From an uncultured Erysipelotrichaceae bacterium (GTDB taxonomy: Bacteria; Bacillota_I; Bacilli_A; RF39; UBA660): a stretch of DNA of 64,000 nucleotides. The notes beneath the pieces are model-generated. The model saw only the letters and a program-made list of their open reading frames with translations, was not told the origin of the DNA and searched no databases. Below, piece by piece: positions 8,576 to 16,950 of this stretch (the stretch's first letter is position 1; each line of letters opens with the position of its first letter). The stretch spans positions 140,603 to 204,602 of the forward strand of contig CADBGE010000001.1 of NCBI GenBank assembly GCA_902794075.1, written 5' to 3'. Position numbers and translations under genes: made by a program.

Positions 8576-9043
8576 TTAAATCTTTATTCCGTTTATATAT
8601 GTTGTCCTACCAGCTATTTTCTTCATTGTCGTTCTTTTCTTTCTATTCTGTCTTGCACGAGTAAATGATATATGTATCCAATCAGGACGACCTTGTGAAT
8701 CTACATTTTCAGCAATGACTTGGTCAAATTCTATGCCTGAGTTCAATAAGCATCTTAAAAGTTTCATATTGTCCTCTCGTGAATCAGATAATGTTCTTAT
8801 GTCAGCAGCCTCACCCTTTGTATGTTGTGAACCAGATGAACCTCCAACAGCTCTATTAAGTGCAGGACATCTATAACCTGAAGTCACAATTATAGGAGCA
8901 CCCCATTTTTCTCGTAAAGGATCTAATACATTATCAATTAATGCCGTTAAAGAATTTACTATAATAGAATTTGGTGTGTTATTTATACCTTTTCTAACAG
9001 CCGTGCTAGATTTTGTTAATTCTCGTATTGTAAAATATTTCAT
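8576..9043 (-). CDS. peptidase M15 family peptidoglycan hydrolase (endolysin-type L-alanyl-D-glutamate / D-Ala-D-Ala peptidase)
   Basis: SGYRCPALNRAVGGSSGSQHTKGEAADI is the M15 zinc-binding signature (H..D...H). Confidence 0.85.
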   Translation of the reverse strand: MKYFTIRELTKSSTAVRKGINNTPNSIIVNSLTALIDNVLDPLREKWGAPIIVTSGYRCPALNRAVGGSSGSQHTKGEAADIRTLSDSREDNMKLLRCLLNSGIEFDQVIAENVDSQGRPDWIHISFTRARQNRKKRTTMKKIAGRTTYINGIKI

Positions 9044-9047
9044 AATT

Positions 9048-9467
9048 TTATATTTTGTAACCTTCTTTAGAAAGCAATTTTTTTATTTTTTCAGTAAGAG
9101 CATCAAACAATTCATCAATATTTCTAAAATTATATTGTTTTAAGACTATCCATTTCGACGGCATTCCATTAACTGTTCGTCTAATTATTATTTCATTTTC
9201 GTCTGGTGTTTTTACATATAAAGTAAATACACTGTTTACATATGACGAATCGGACTTTAGATTATTATCATTAAGTTTTATTTTTCCTAATTTAATGTTA
9301 CCTGTTTTTAATTCGTGTATATCATCAAATATATTATCCCAATTATCTTTACATTTATTTAAAAAATAACTATCAGGATCTTCATAATCTTTGCTAATGA
9401 TAAGTTTTTCGGATAATGAAATTAAAGATGATTTATCAGATTTTATGTAATGTGTTAATGACTTCAT
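9048..9467 (-). CDS. hypothetical protein with extended CTS-like leader
   Basis: Starts MKSLTHYIKSDKSSLISLSEKLIISKDYEDP. It lies between the two peptidoglycan hydrolase genes. Confidence 0.6.
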   Translation of the reverse strand: MKSLTHYIKSDKSSLISLSEKLIISKDYEDPDSYFLNKCKDNWDNIFDDIHELKTGNIKLGKIKLNDNNLKSDSSYVNSVFTLYVKTPDENEIIIRRTVNGMPSKWIVLKQYNFRNIDELFDALTEKIKKLLSKEGYKI

Positions 9468-9501
9468 AAAAAATATGCTAAAATATTTAAATTAAATGAA
9501 T

Positions 9502-9514
9502 TATAATTAAAAAT
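9502..9514 (-). promoter_or_regulatory. conserved intergenic motif, putative promoter
   Basis: tataattaaaaat lies 35 nt upstream of the ATG at 9467. Confidence 0.4.
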
Positions 9515-9547
9515 AAATTAGCATATTGTGAATATAATTTTTAAAAA

Positions 9548-10309
9548 TTATTTTCTTTTTTTATGTTTTCTGACTGTTCTATTTGAAGCAATATGTTTTC
9601 TTGTTATTGTATGATCATTCTGATATATATAAAATCCTATTAATGGTGTATGCGTTTCAAAATTAATTAGATGTTCTGGATTTATGCATTTACCATTATA
9701 TCTAAATTCAAAATGTAAATGTGGACCTGTACTTCTTCCGCTATTTCCGGCAAGTCCTATTGCATCACCTTCATTAACATATTGATTCTCCTTCACTAAA
9801 AATCTTGATAGATGTCCATATAATGTTTCAAGTTTGTTTTCATGTCTTATGACAACATAAAATCCATATCCACCTCTATCAAAATTAGTCAATCTTATTT
9901 TTCCTGAAAAGGCTGCATATATAGTATCTCCAGTACTTGCTTTAAGATCAACTCCATAATGTTGTCTTCCAAACTTTGACCTATACCCGTAACTGGAATT
10001 AACAACATTGGTATGCACGGGATTTACATAATTTCTAATGTCAATTTTTTCACCAATGTTTGGTTCAATAGTGTAGGGATTTAATTTTTTATTATCCCAA
10101 TTAAGTTCAAACAACTCAAGTTCAAACAACTCACTTTTATTTTCATATTTTTTTATTAATGACCAATCTATTCTTTCCGTAATTCTTGTTTGATTTGCTA
10201 ATAGCTTCTGATGTTGTTTTTGAAGTAACGAAACATTCTGTCCAAGTGTAGTGAGTAATGTAAAAGTCCAAATAATAATAGTTAATAGTAATTTATTAGT
10301 GTATTTCAT
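9548..10309 (-). CDS. M23 family metallopeptidase with N-terminal signal/anchor
   Basis: Signatures HYGVDLKASTGDTIYAAFSGKI and GNSGRSTGPHLHFEFRYNG. The N-terminus is hydrophobic (LLLTIIIWTFTLLTTLG). Confidence 0.85.
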   Translation of the reverse strand: MKYTNKLLLTIIIWTFTLLTTLGQNVSLLQKQHQKLLANQTRITERIDWSLIKKYENKSELFELELFELNWDNKKLNPYTIEPNIGEKIDIRNYVNPVHTNVVNSSYGYRSKFGRQHYGVDLKASTGDTIYAAFSGKIRLTNFDRGGYGFYVVIRHENKLETLYGHLSRFLVKENQYVNEGDAIGLAGNSGRSTGPHLHFEFRYNGKCINPEHLINFETHTPLIGFYIYQNDHTITRKHIASNRTVRKHKKRK

Positions 10310-10344
10310 AACTTATTAATATGACATACGAATGTCACTATAAA

Positions 10345-10512
10345 TCATTGCCTCTTAATGATTCTTCGTAGTCGGTTTTTCTTTTTCTTAAATATATTTG
10401 TTTTTGTTGGTATAGGATCTGAAGAAAGAGGCTCAACATTTCCCATACCAACAGTATTCATTGGTGAAGCAAAATCACCACATTCTTTTAAGTATTCTAT
10501 TAATGACTTCAT
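10345..10512 (-). CDS. small unannotated ORF (55 aa) with CTS-like leader
   Basis: Below the ORF-track size cut-off. It translates MKSLIEYLKECGDFASPMNTVGMGNVEPLSSDPIPTKTNIFKKKKNRLRRIIKRQ. The promoter-like motif sits at 10582..10595, and the ORF shares A[ST]P[ML]NT[VI]GMGN with the capsid protein. Confidence 0.45.
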   Translation of the reverse strand: MKSLIEYLKECGDFASPMNTVGMGNVEPLSSDPIPTKTNIFKKKKNRLRRIIKRQ

Positions 10513-10581
10513 ATATCTTTTCGTTAAAAATAATTAAAGGGCCCATGATTATGTATATTGTCACGAGCCCTTATATGTTTG

Positions 10582-10595
10582 TATATATTAAAAAT
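10582..10595 (-). promoter_or_regulatory. conserved intergenic motif, putative promoter of the 55-aa ORF
   Basis: tatatattaaaaat lies just downstream of the stop at 10605 and 70 nt upstream of the ATG at 10512. Confidence 0.4.
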
Positions 10596-10604
10596 ACAAT
10601 GTTT

Positions 10605-11195
10605 TCATATAATGTTAATATCTGGATAAACTTCAAGTGTATTCAAAATAATGTCCTGATTTACATTTGCCACACCATTTAGAAATACATAAATATTTTC
10701 ATTATTTAATTCTTTGCTCATGTCTACAAGTGTATCGTTAACCATTACATCACCAATCATACCGCATACAACAATATCATCAGTAAATACTTTGCAATTG
10801 TCCGTTGCTGTCTTGATGATAAATTTTCCGTCAATGAAACTTGAATATTTTGATGCTGATGACTCTAAAAAATCGGAAACTTCTCCATGATTTAGTTCAA
10901 CACACTTTACATCACACGAATTAAGAATGTTAATCAGTCTTTCATCAATCTTGTTACCGTAGGTATCAGCAACACAATTTTTATCATATGATCCACCATG
11001 TCCCTTGAATGTACAATAATCATTAGGGTGATTACTCTTTGCAAGAATCACTCTATTAATGAGATCTTTATTTTCTTTAACAAATTTACAAATATTATTT
11101 AAAGCATTTTCACTTGATGGCACATACAGTGAACCATCTTTCTTTGTAATGTCATTTTGACAATCAATAACAAATAATGTAAATTCCTTTGTCAT
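10605..11195 (-). CDS. isochorismatase / nicotinamidase (PncA-like) family hydrolase, divergent
   Basis: FVIDCQNDITKKDGSLYVP matches the VDxQNDF motif, and NHPNDYCTF...NCVADTYGNKI matches the DWHP..H.SF...HCV..T.GA region. The position of the catalytic Cys (GLATDYCV) reads GMIGDVMV. Confidence 0.55.
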   Translation of the reverse strand: MTKEFTLFVIDCQNDITKKDGSLYVPSSENALNNICKFVKENKDLINRVILAKSNHPNDYCTFKGHGGSYDKNCVADTYGNKIDERLINILNSCDVKCVELNHGEVSDFLESSASKYSSFIDGKFIIKTATDNCKVFTDDIVVCGMIGDVMVNDTLVDMSKELNNENIYVFLNGVANVNQDIILNTLEVYPDINII

Positions 11196-11207
11196 ATCTT
11201 TAAAAAA

Positions 11208-11558
11208 TTAATCAGTATAAAAATCAACAGGTTCACCATTCCAAAGTTTCGCAAGACATCCATTAAGCTTAACTCTATTCCTTGAAATTCGCCCCTTATA
11301 AATCTTTCCATTCTCTGGATCAGAATCTTCAACAGGAACACATGTACCGTTCTGTCCATATCCATCATCTGAAACAGTTTTTTGATTTAACCTAATTGTA
11401 AAAATCATTGAAGGTGTTCGACGGACTACTTTATAAAAATGTGGAATCTTTGCAGTATATTGGAATGATGCATCAAGAATGTCTCCAACCATAAAATCTT
11501 CAGCATTATATGGATCTCTCTCAACATCCTTAAAATCTTTATTAATCTTAATAGCCAT
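11208..11558 (-). CDS. hypothetical protein
   Basis: Intact 116-aa ORF in the operon between the transaldolase and the hydrolase. No motif recognised. Confidence 0.45.
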   Translation of the reverse strand: MAIKINKDFKDVERDPYNAEDFMVGDILDASFQYTAKIPHFYKVVRRTPSMIFTIRLNQKTVSDDGYGQNGTCVPVEDSDPENGKIYKGRISRNRVKLNGCLAKLWNGEPVDFYTD

Positions 11559-11640
11559 AATTTTTATTTTTTGATTTATAATTACGATTATAATATATAA
11601 AACATACTACAAAAATTAAAACTATATTTGTTAAAGATTA

Positions 11641-12279
11641 TTAATTATAGTCCTTCTTGAATTTTTCTATACCAATATCTGTAAGTGGATGTGCAATCAT
11701 TTGTTTGATTACTTTGTATGGAACTGTAATTACATCTGCTCCTGCAAGAGCACATTCTGTAACATGAAGAGGATTGCGTATACTTGCAGCAATAATGTTA
11801 GTAGAAATAGAATTCTGCTTAAAAATTTTAGATATAGATTTTATAAGATCCACACCAACTATATCAATGTCATCAAGTCGTCCAACAAATGGACTTACAT
11901 AACGTGCTCCAGATAATGCGCACAATAATGCTTGATTTGCTGAAAAGATAAGTGTCATATTAACTCCAATTCCTTCTCTTGTTAATGTCTTGCATGCCTT
12001 AAGACCTTCCTCAGTCATTGGAATTTTTATAATAATATTCGGGTGAATTTGTGCAATTACATGAGCTTCATTAATTATATCAATAGCTTTAGTTAGATTT
12101 GGATTTACCTCAGCACTAATTGGACCATTAACAATTTCTGCAATTCGTTTTACTGTTTCCTTAAAATCCTTTCCTTCCTTAGTAATTAATGATGGATTAG
12201 TTGTCACACCACTAATAATGCCCATATTATTTATTTCGCTAATTTCATTAATGTTTGCTGTGTCTAAAAATAATTCCAT
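11641..12279 (-). CDS. tal: transaldolase / fructose-6-phosphate aldolase family (TalC/Fsa type)
   Basis: 212 aa. [33 protein letters not shown] (Schiff-base Lys) and [13 protein letters not shown] are the short-type transaldolase signatures. Confidence 0.9.
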   Translation of the reverse strand: MELFLDTANINEISEINNMGIISGVTTNPSLITKEGKDFKETVKRIAEIVNGPISAEVNPNLTKAIDIINEAHVIAQIHPNIIIKIPMTEEGLKACKTLTREGIGVNMTLIFSANQALLCALSGARYVSPFVGRLDDIDIVGVDLIKSISKIFKQNSISTNIIAASIRNPLHVTECALAGADVITVPYKVIKQMIAHPLTDIGIEKFKKDYN

Positions 12280-12330
12280 ATGCTTAAAGTTTATTAGTTT
12301 ATATAATTAATATATAAATATGTAAGTTCA

Positions 12331-14742
12331 TTATTTAAAGATTATTACAGTTTCATTATATTTGTTTTTAACTTCTGATTCTTTTTTATTATATAAATGG
12401 CTTTTTGAACTTTTTATAACAAATTCTGAATGTACTGTTAATTTTGTGTTTTCAAGAACTGTTTTTACAATATCCTCCTTTAAATCATTATTTATGACAA
12501 CAAAGAACACTCCACCACTTTTAAGTTTCTTATATGATTTTATTACTGTTTCTTTCCAATATTTTTCAATCCATAATTCATATTCATTATATTTATTATA
12601 ACATTGTGAATCATCTTCAGAATACTGTTCAAGTTTGAAATATGGTGGACATGATCCTATAATGTCTTGTTCTGTTAATATATCATATATTTCATCACTC
12701 TCACTACAGTATGAATATATATTTATATTTGTCATGAATTTATCAGCAAATGTTTTTAATTCATCATATGTTTTTGGATCTGTTCCATTATATATAATTC
12801 CTAAAGAATCAGCTGCAAGCATTCGCCCTCCCCATCCTGCGGAATAGTCATAGGTTGATTTTATTTCAGAATCAGTCTCGCAAATTGATAATGCATATGA
12901 ATATATCCATTTTGCAAGTGTTGGCTTGAAATTTGATACTGTTTTACTTATTCCAGAATTCACGAGTCCTTTTATGATCTGTGAATGATCTATCTGATAT
13001 ACTACACGCTTATTATTTTCAGTCTGATATAATATACGATTCTTTATTGCATTAAGAAGCATTTCGTTATTGTTATATGCATCATATGGAGATATTATAT
13101 TGTCAAATGCTGCTTGGTAGTATTTCACACCTGATATATGTTTGCATATATCATTGCATAATTTTCCAAAACTTGACAATGTATTTTCGTTAACTATCTT
13201 TGAGACATTAAACTTCTTTAACTTATTTAATTGCTCATATATGTAATCATCTGACAAATTAAGTACAGGAAATTCAAGATTGTTATAATATTTGAATATG
13301 TCATATATAAGCAAATATGTTTCATTTTCATCAAGTTGCGAAATATATTCAGCAGACAACAGTTGTCCATTAAGATTAAGTGGTTTTATAGTAGTATTAT
13401 ATATAACACAGTCATTTGTGAAGTTTACATTTTTTCTATCAAGTAATTTCATTATAAACATTATTGCTTCTTCAATGGACCAAAGTTCTATATAATTTAA
13501 ATTATTCTTTTTTGCGGTTTTTCTTTTCTGTACATCACGAATTGTCCATGTTTCTATAGCATTTTTATAATATTGAGATGTTTTAGATTTTTCTATCCAA
13601 ACACTTAACTGTTTTTTACATATATCATTATCTTCAATGTATGGCATTCCGCCATGTGTCCATGATCCTTGAAATTCAATATAAAGATCTAATGACTTAA
13701 TATAAAAATCACATGACCATGGATATAAATCATTTTTATATTGAGTTATTATGTCATCAAAAAATTCTGTAAATATTTCTTTTATTTGAGTTTCCTTTAT
13801 TGATATATTAAATGTTCCGTTTTCTTTTTTTGTTTTATATACTTTATCTCGTGTTTCAGTTATCCATTTTTCAGCCATTTGTTTTTTAAACATATCTGTT
13901 TTTGAATAACTATCTACTCCGTACTTTTTCAAAAGTGTTTCTTTATTTTTTTGAATATTGTTATAATGTGCATTTCCATATCGTTCAAATTTTGTTTGTT
14001 TTCCCTTTTCAATATTCCTATATCCTGGGTCACCATATTTGTCAATAAATGTCTGTCGAGTTCTTTCTTTTATTTCGTTTCGTTCTTTATCTGTTTTATT
14101 GGCCCACGTTTCTTTTATTTGTTCAACATTTCTATAATTTTCATCTCCATATCTTTCAAGTGTTGTCCGTTTTTTCTTTGCGTCAATTTCATCACCCTTT
14201 TCAGCATATGTCCTCTTAAATGATTCAACAATTCTATTATGAATTTCTTCATTACATGTAGGTGCAACGCCTCCATATCTTTCAATATTTGTTTTTACCG
14301 TTTGCTCATGATTATTATAATTTTCATCTCCATATTTTTCTAAACATGTCTGTTTACGTTTCTTTTCATTGTTTGATGAACCATATTTTTCAATCTTTGT
14401 TTTCTTTGCTTTTTCATAATTATGTTTATTTGCACATGATTTACAACAGAATGGTTTAAATAATTTATCTTCACCCTTGCCAAAAACTTTACCAGGTTGC
14501 CCAATATATTGAACATCATTTCCACAAACTACACATTTTGGTCGATCTTCAATATCATATTCCATTCTACGAAGCGTTTCCTGTGGAGATAATGAATCAG
14601 GATATCTATTCAATATATAATGTTTAATGCATGGGAATTTGTTCGTTGCCATTACATTATGAAAACAGTAACGAATACGATTGTTCTTTTCAAGAATAAA
14701 TAATTTAACTAATGTTTTATCGTGTATAAAATCAATATTCAT
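12331..14742 (-). CDS. fusion protein: Zn-ribbon + [KR]YG tandem repeats + Vsr/DUF559-like PD-(D/E)XK endonuclease + DNA (N6A/N4C-type) methyltransferase
   Basis: Zn-ribbon: CVVCGN...CCKSCANK. At least six repeats of the form EKYGDENYNNHEQ / ERYGDENYRNVEQ / DKYGDPGYRNIEK. Endonuclease core: CDFYIKSLDLYIEFQGSWTH. C-terminal methyltransferase motifs: DYSAGWGGRM (motif I) and GSCPPYF (motif IV). Confidence 0.55.
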   Translation of the reverse strand: MNIDFIHDKTLVKLFILEKNNRIRYCFHNVMATNKFPCIKHYILNRYPDSLSPQETLRRMEYDIEDRPKCVVCGNDVQYIGQPGKVFGKGEDKLFKPFCCKSCANKHNYEKAKKTKIEKYGSSNNEKKRKQTCLEKYGDENYNNHEQTVKTNIERYGGVAPTCNEEIHNRIVESFKRTYAEKGDEIDAKKKRTTLERYGDENYRNVEQIKETWANKTDKERNEIKERTRQTFIDKYGDPGYRNIEKGKQTKFERYGNAHYNNIQKNKETLLKKYGVDSYSKTDMFKKQMAEKWITETRDKVYKTKKENGTFNISIKETQIKEIFTEFFDDIITQYKNDLYPWSCDFYIKSLDLYIEFQGSWTHGGMPYIEDNDICKKQLSVWIEKSKTSQYYKNAIETWTIRDVQKRKTAKKNNLNYIELWSIEEAIMFIMKLLDRKNVNFTNDCVIYNTTIKPLNLNGQLLSAEYISQLDENETYLLIYDIFKYYNNLEFPVLNLSDDYIYEQLNKLKKFNVSKIVNENTLSSFGKLCNDICKHISGVKYYQAAFDNIISPYDAYNNNEMLLNAIKNRILYQTENNKRVVYQIDHSQIIKGLVNSGISKTVSNFKPTLAKWIYSYALSICETDSEIKSTYDYSAGWGGRMLAADSLGIIYNGTDPKTYDELKTFADKFMTNINIYSYCSESDEIYDILTEQDIIGSCPPYFKLEQYSEDDSQCYNKYNEYELWIEKYWKETVIKSYKKLKSGGVFFVVINNDLKEDIVKTVLENTKLTVHSEFVIKSSKSHLYNKKESEVKNKYNETVIIFK

Positions 14743-14812
14743 TCTATTATTATAAATATATTATATATTATAAAATATTAAATTATGTTAAAAAATTCAA
14801 AAATATAAAGAC

Positions 14813-14844
14813 AAAAAAGAACAGTACTATATAGTACTGTTCTT
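14813..14844 (-). terminator. strong intrinsic terminator after the major capsid gene
   Basis: Palindrome agaacagtactata|tagtactgttct, followed by a T-run on the minus strand. Two smaller hairpins precede it. Confidence 0.7.
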
Positions 14845-14916
14845 GAGTGTAGAATTAAATCTACGTATATAAAGGTAAGAACCTTTAATTTTCAATATAG
14901 AAGTTATTAACCTTTA

Positions 14917-16773
14917 TTAGATCAAACCAAATTCTGAACCAACACAGAATGTGTAATATTGAGTTTCAGGATAGAACCCGATTTCTGCAATAGCATAGCG
15001 GCTGTTAACTAACATCTTAGGAGCCATAGTACCTTCAGCAGTGATGCTTACTGTATCAGCAAGTATGTACGGCATAAATACAACACCAGGAGAGTTAGCG
15101 TCACCCTTACGACCAACGCAGATACGGCAGTCATCCCAGTTCATGTAAGGATCTACATAAACCTTCAAACCTGCAAGTGTACCGCCAAGATATAGATTCT
15201 GCGAACCATCTTGAGCCATATTGTTAACCATAGGAGCAACAACATAACCACTAACATCCTGAAGTGCAGTAGCAACCATTGTGTTAGTAACAATCCAAGT
15301 AGCACGGCCACGACGACCAACAGTTTGGATTAAGTTAGCAGCAGCAAGTACGCGAGAAGCGATACGACGTTGGCGAGTTGCAAGATTCTCAGCTGAAGTA
15401 TTGACTTCACTGTTAGTTACATTACCCCAGTTAGCAGCTTGGTCAACACCATAGATGTCAACATACTTACCAGCAGGAACAAAGTTAGAAAGAGCATTAT
15501 CACCTAAGCCCATCCAAAGGTTAAGGTCAACACCCTGATAAACCTTTTGCTGAGCAGCGTTAGTTACACCAAGTGCAAATACACGTTCAAGAATACGTTG
15601 ATTGATGTGTTGAGTAATCTCGTTCTGGAGAGCTTCCATAACCTTACCAACAGCGTCAACACCGTAAAGAGGAAGGTCTTGAAGTTGCTGACGAGTAACA
15701 GTACCAGTTACCTCATAAGCACCAACCTGTACCCACTTGCTGAACAAACGAAGACCGATAACATTACCTGTACCAGTTTCATTCTGAGCGCGGGTCATAG
15801 CCTCTTTCTTACCAGTTGCGAAGTTAGCGAAACCGTCAACTAGGTCAACTGAAGTCTGAACGAAGTCAGGACGAATTTTCTGACCTTCTTCAAGAGTAAT
15901 AGGTTCAGCATTACCAATTTTTACAGTTGCAGGATCATTAAGTTCAAAGATCTCACGAAGTGAAAGGTTCTTTGTTGGAGCTTCAACACCATAATACTTT
16001 TTAATGTCAGCCTTAGCATCTGCATTGAATTCATCCTTATTAAATAAGATATTGCCTTCAGCATCAACGTCCCAAACCTTTACAAGAGGAGCACCATCCA
16101 TACGACCGAAGTCTAGGAATGTACCAATTGCCTCACCGTTAACTTCAACGACCTGACCAGCCTTTGGTGCCTTTTCAGGATCTGGATTCTTTGCGTCACC
16201 ACCGGCACGCAAATCAGCAATCTTAGCAAGAGGAAGATTCTGAATCTTAACATAGATAGGCTTGTTATCATTGCCGCCGTCTTTGCTCTTACCGTCAAAT
16301 GCAGTTTCATTAACGCGGCCAAGCTTACCACCAGCATATGGGAAGTCCATGTAGCTTAACATTACCCAAGGACCCTTAGCAGGTACAACAGGAACAAGCT
16401 CAAGACCGATAGTCATAAGAGCAATGTTCAATGCCATAGGAAGTGTGCTTACAGGAATGTCGCCTGAACCAACAGTCTGGTTCCAAAGGTTACCGTCTGC
16501 AGCAGGAGCTGTGCTCATGGTATTAGGATTCTGGGGAGCCCAAGGATTACCCATACCAATAGTATTAAGAGGTGTAGCATAAAGAGGGTTAACACCGGTG
16601 CCAGGAACTGTACCCATTGCATGGCCAGCATTTACACCGAGTGCACTTTCGTGAATTTCATGAATAGCAGCATATTGTGAAACCCAGTTCAACTTTTCGT
16701 TATCCTTAACATCAAAGTTTTCCTTTAACATCTTGCTCCACATTTGTGCGCCGTTTTGTTCTGTTAAAAACAT
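14917..16773 (-). CDS. major capsid protein (T4 gp23-like)
   Basis: 618 aa and directly downstream of the protease/scaffold gene. It is Gly/Ala/Val-rich with a GC-richer coding bias. The N-terminal segment carries I-x-E sites (AAIHEIHES), and a strong terminator follows. Confidence 0.8.
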   Translation of the reverse strand: MFLTEQNGAQMWSKMLKENFDVKDNEKLNWVSQYAAIHEIHESALGVNAGHAMGTVPGTGVNPLYATPLNTIGMGNPWAPQNPNTMSTAPAADGNLWNQTVGSGDIPVSTLPMALNIALMTIGLELVPVVPAKGPWVMLSYMDFPYAGGKLGRVNETAFDGKSKDGGNDNKPIYVKIQNLPLAKIADLRAGGDAKNPDPEKAPKAGQVVEVNGEAIGTFLDFGRMDGAPLVKVWDVDAEGNILFNKDEFNADAKADIKKYYGVEAPTKNLSLREIFELNDPATVKIGNAEPITLEEGQKIRPDFVQTSVDLVDGFANFATGKKEAMTRAQNETGTGNVIGLRLFSKWVQVGAYEVTGTVTRQQLQDLPLYGVDAVGKVMEALQNEITQHINQRILERVFALGVTNAAQQKVYQGVDLNLWMGLGDNALSNFVPAGKYVDIYGVDQAANWGNVTNSEVNTSAENLATRQRRIASRVLAAANLIQTVGRRGRATWIVTNTMVATALQDVSGYVVAPMVNNMAQDGSQNLYLGGTLAGLKVYVDPYMNWDDCRICVGRKGDANSPGVVFMPYILADTVSITAEGTMAPKMLVNSRYAIAEIGFYPETQYYTFCVGSEFGLI

Positions 16774-16903
16774 AATTGTGTTTAAACTTTAAATGTATTT
16801 TTTATTATTTTAATATTTTATATTATTTACTTATTCTACACAAGATGATTTATCATATATTGAGTATTTCTCTTGTATGAACATTTTAAGATTACTTAAA
16901 GTA

Positions 16904-16919
16904 ATATATAATTAAAAAT
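16904..16919 (-). promoter_or_regulatory. conserved intergenic motif, putative promoter of the major capsid gene
   Basis: atatataattaaaaat lies about 130 nt upstream of the ATG at 16773. Confidence 0.45.
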
Positions 16920-16950
16920 ATACATTAATGAAAATGATTTTTCTGTAATA

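Noticed and set aside
8576-9043. The MKYFTIRELTKS start of the M15 peptidase as another CTS-like leader (I-R-E).
   Set aside because: This N-terminus (F..rEf) is the normal conserved start of M15-family peptidases, and it lacks the MK[ST]L..YI pattern.
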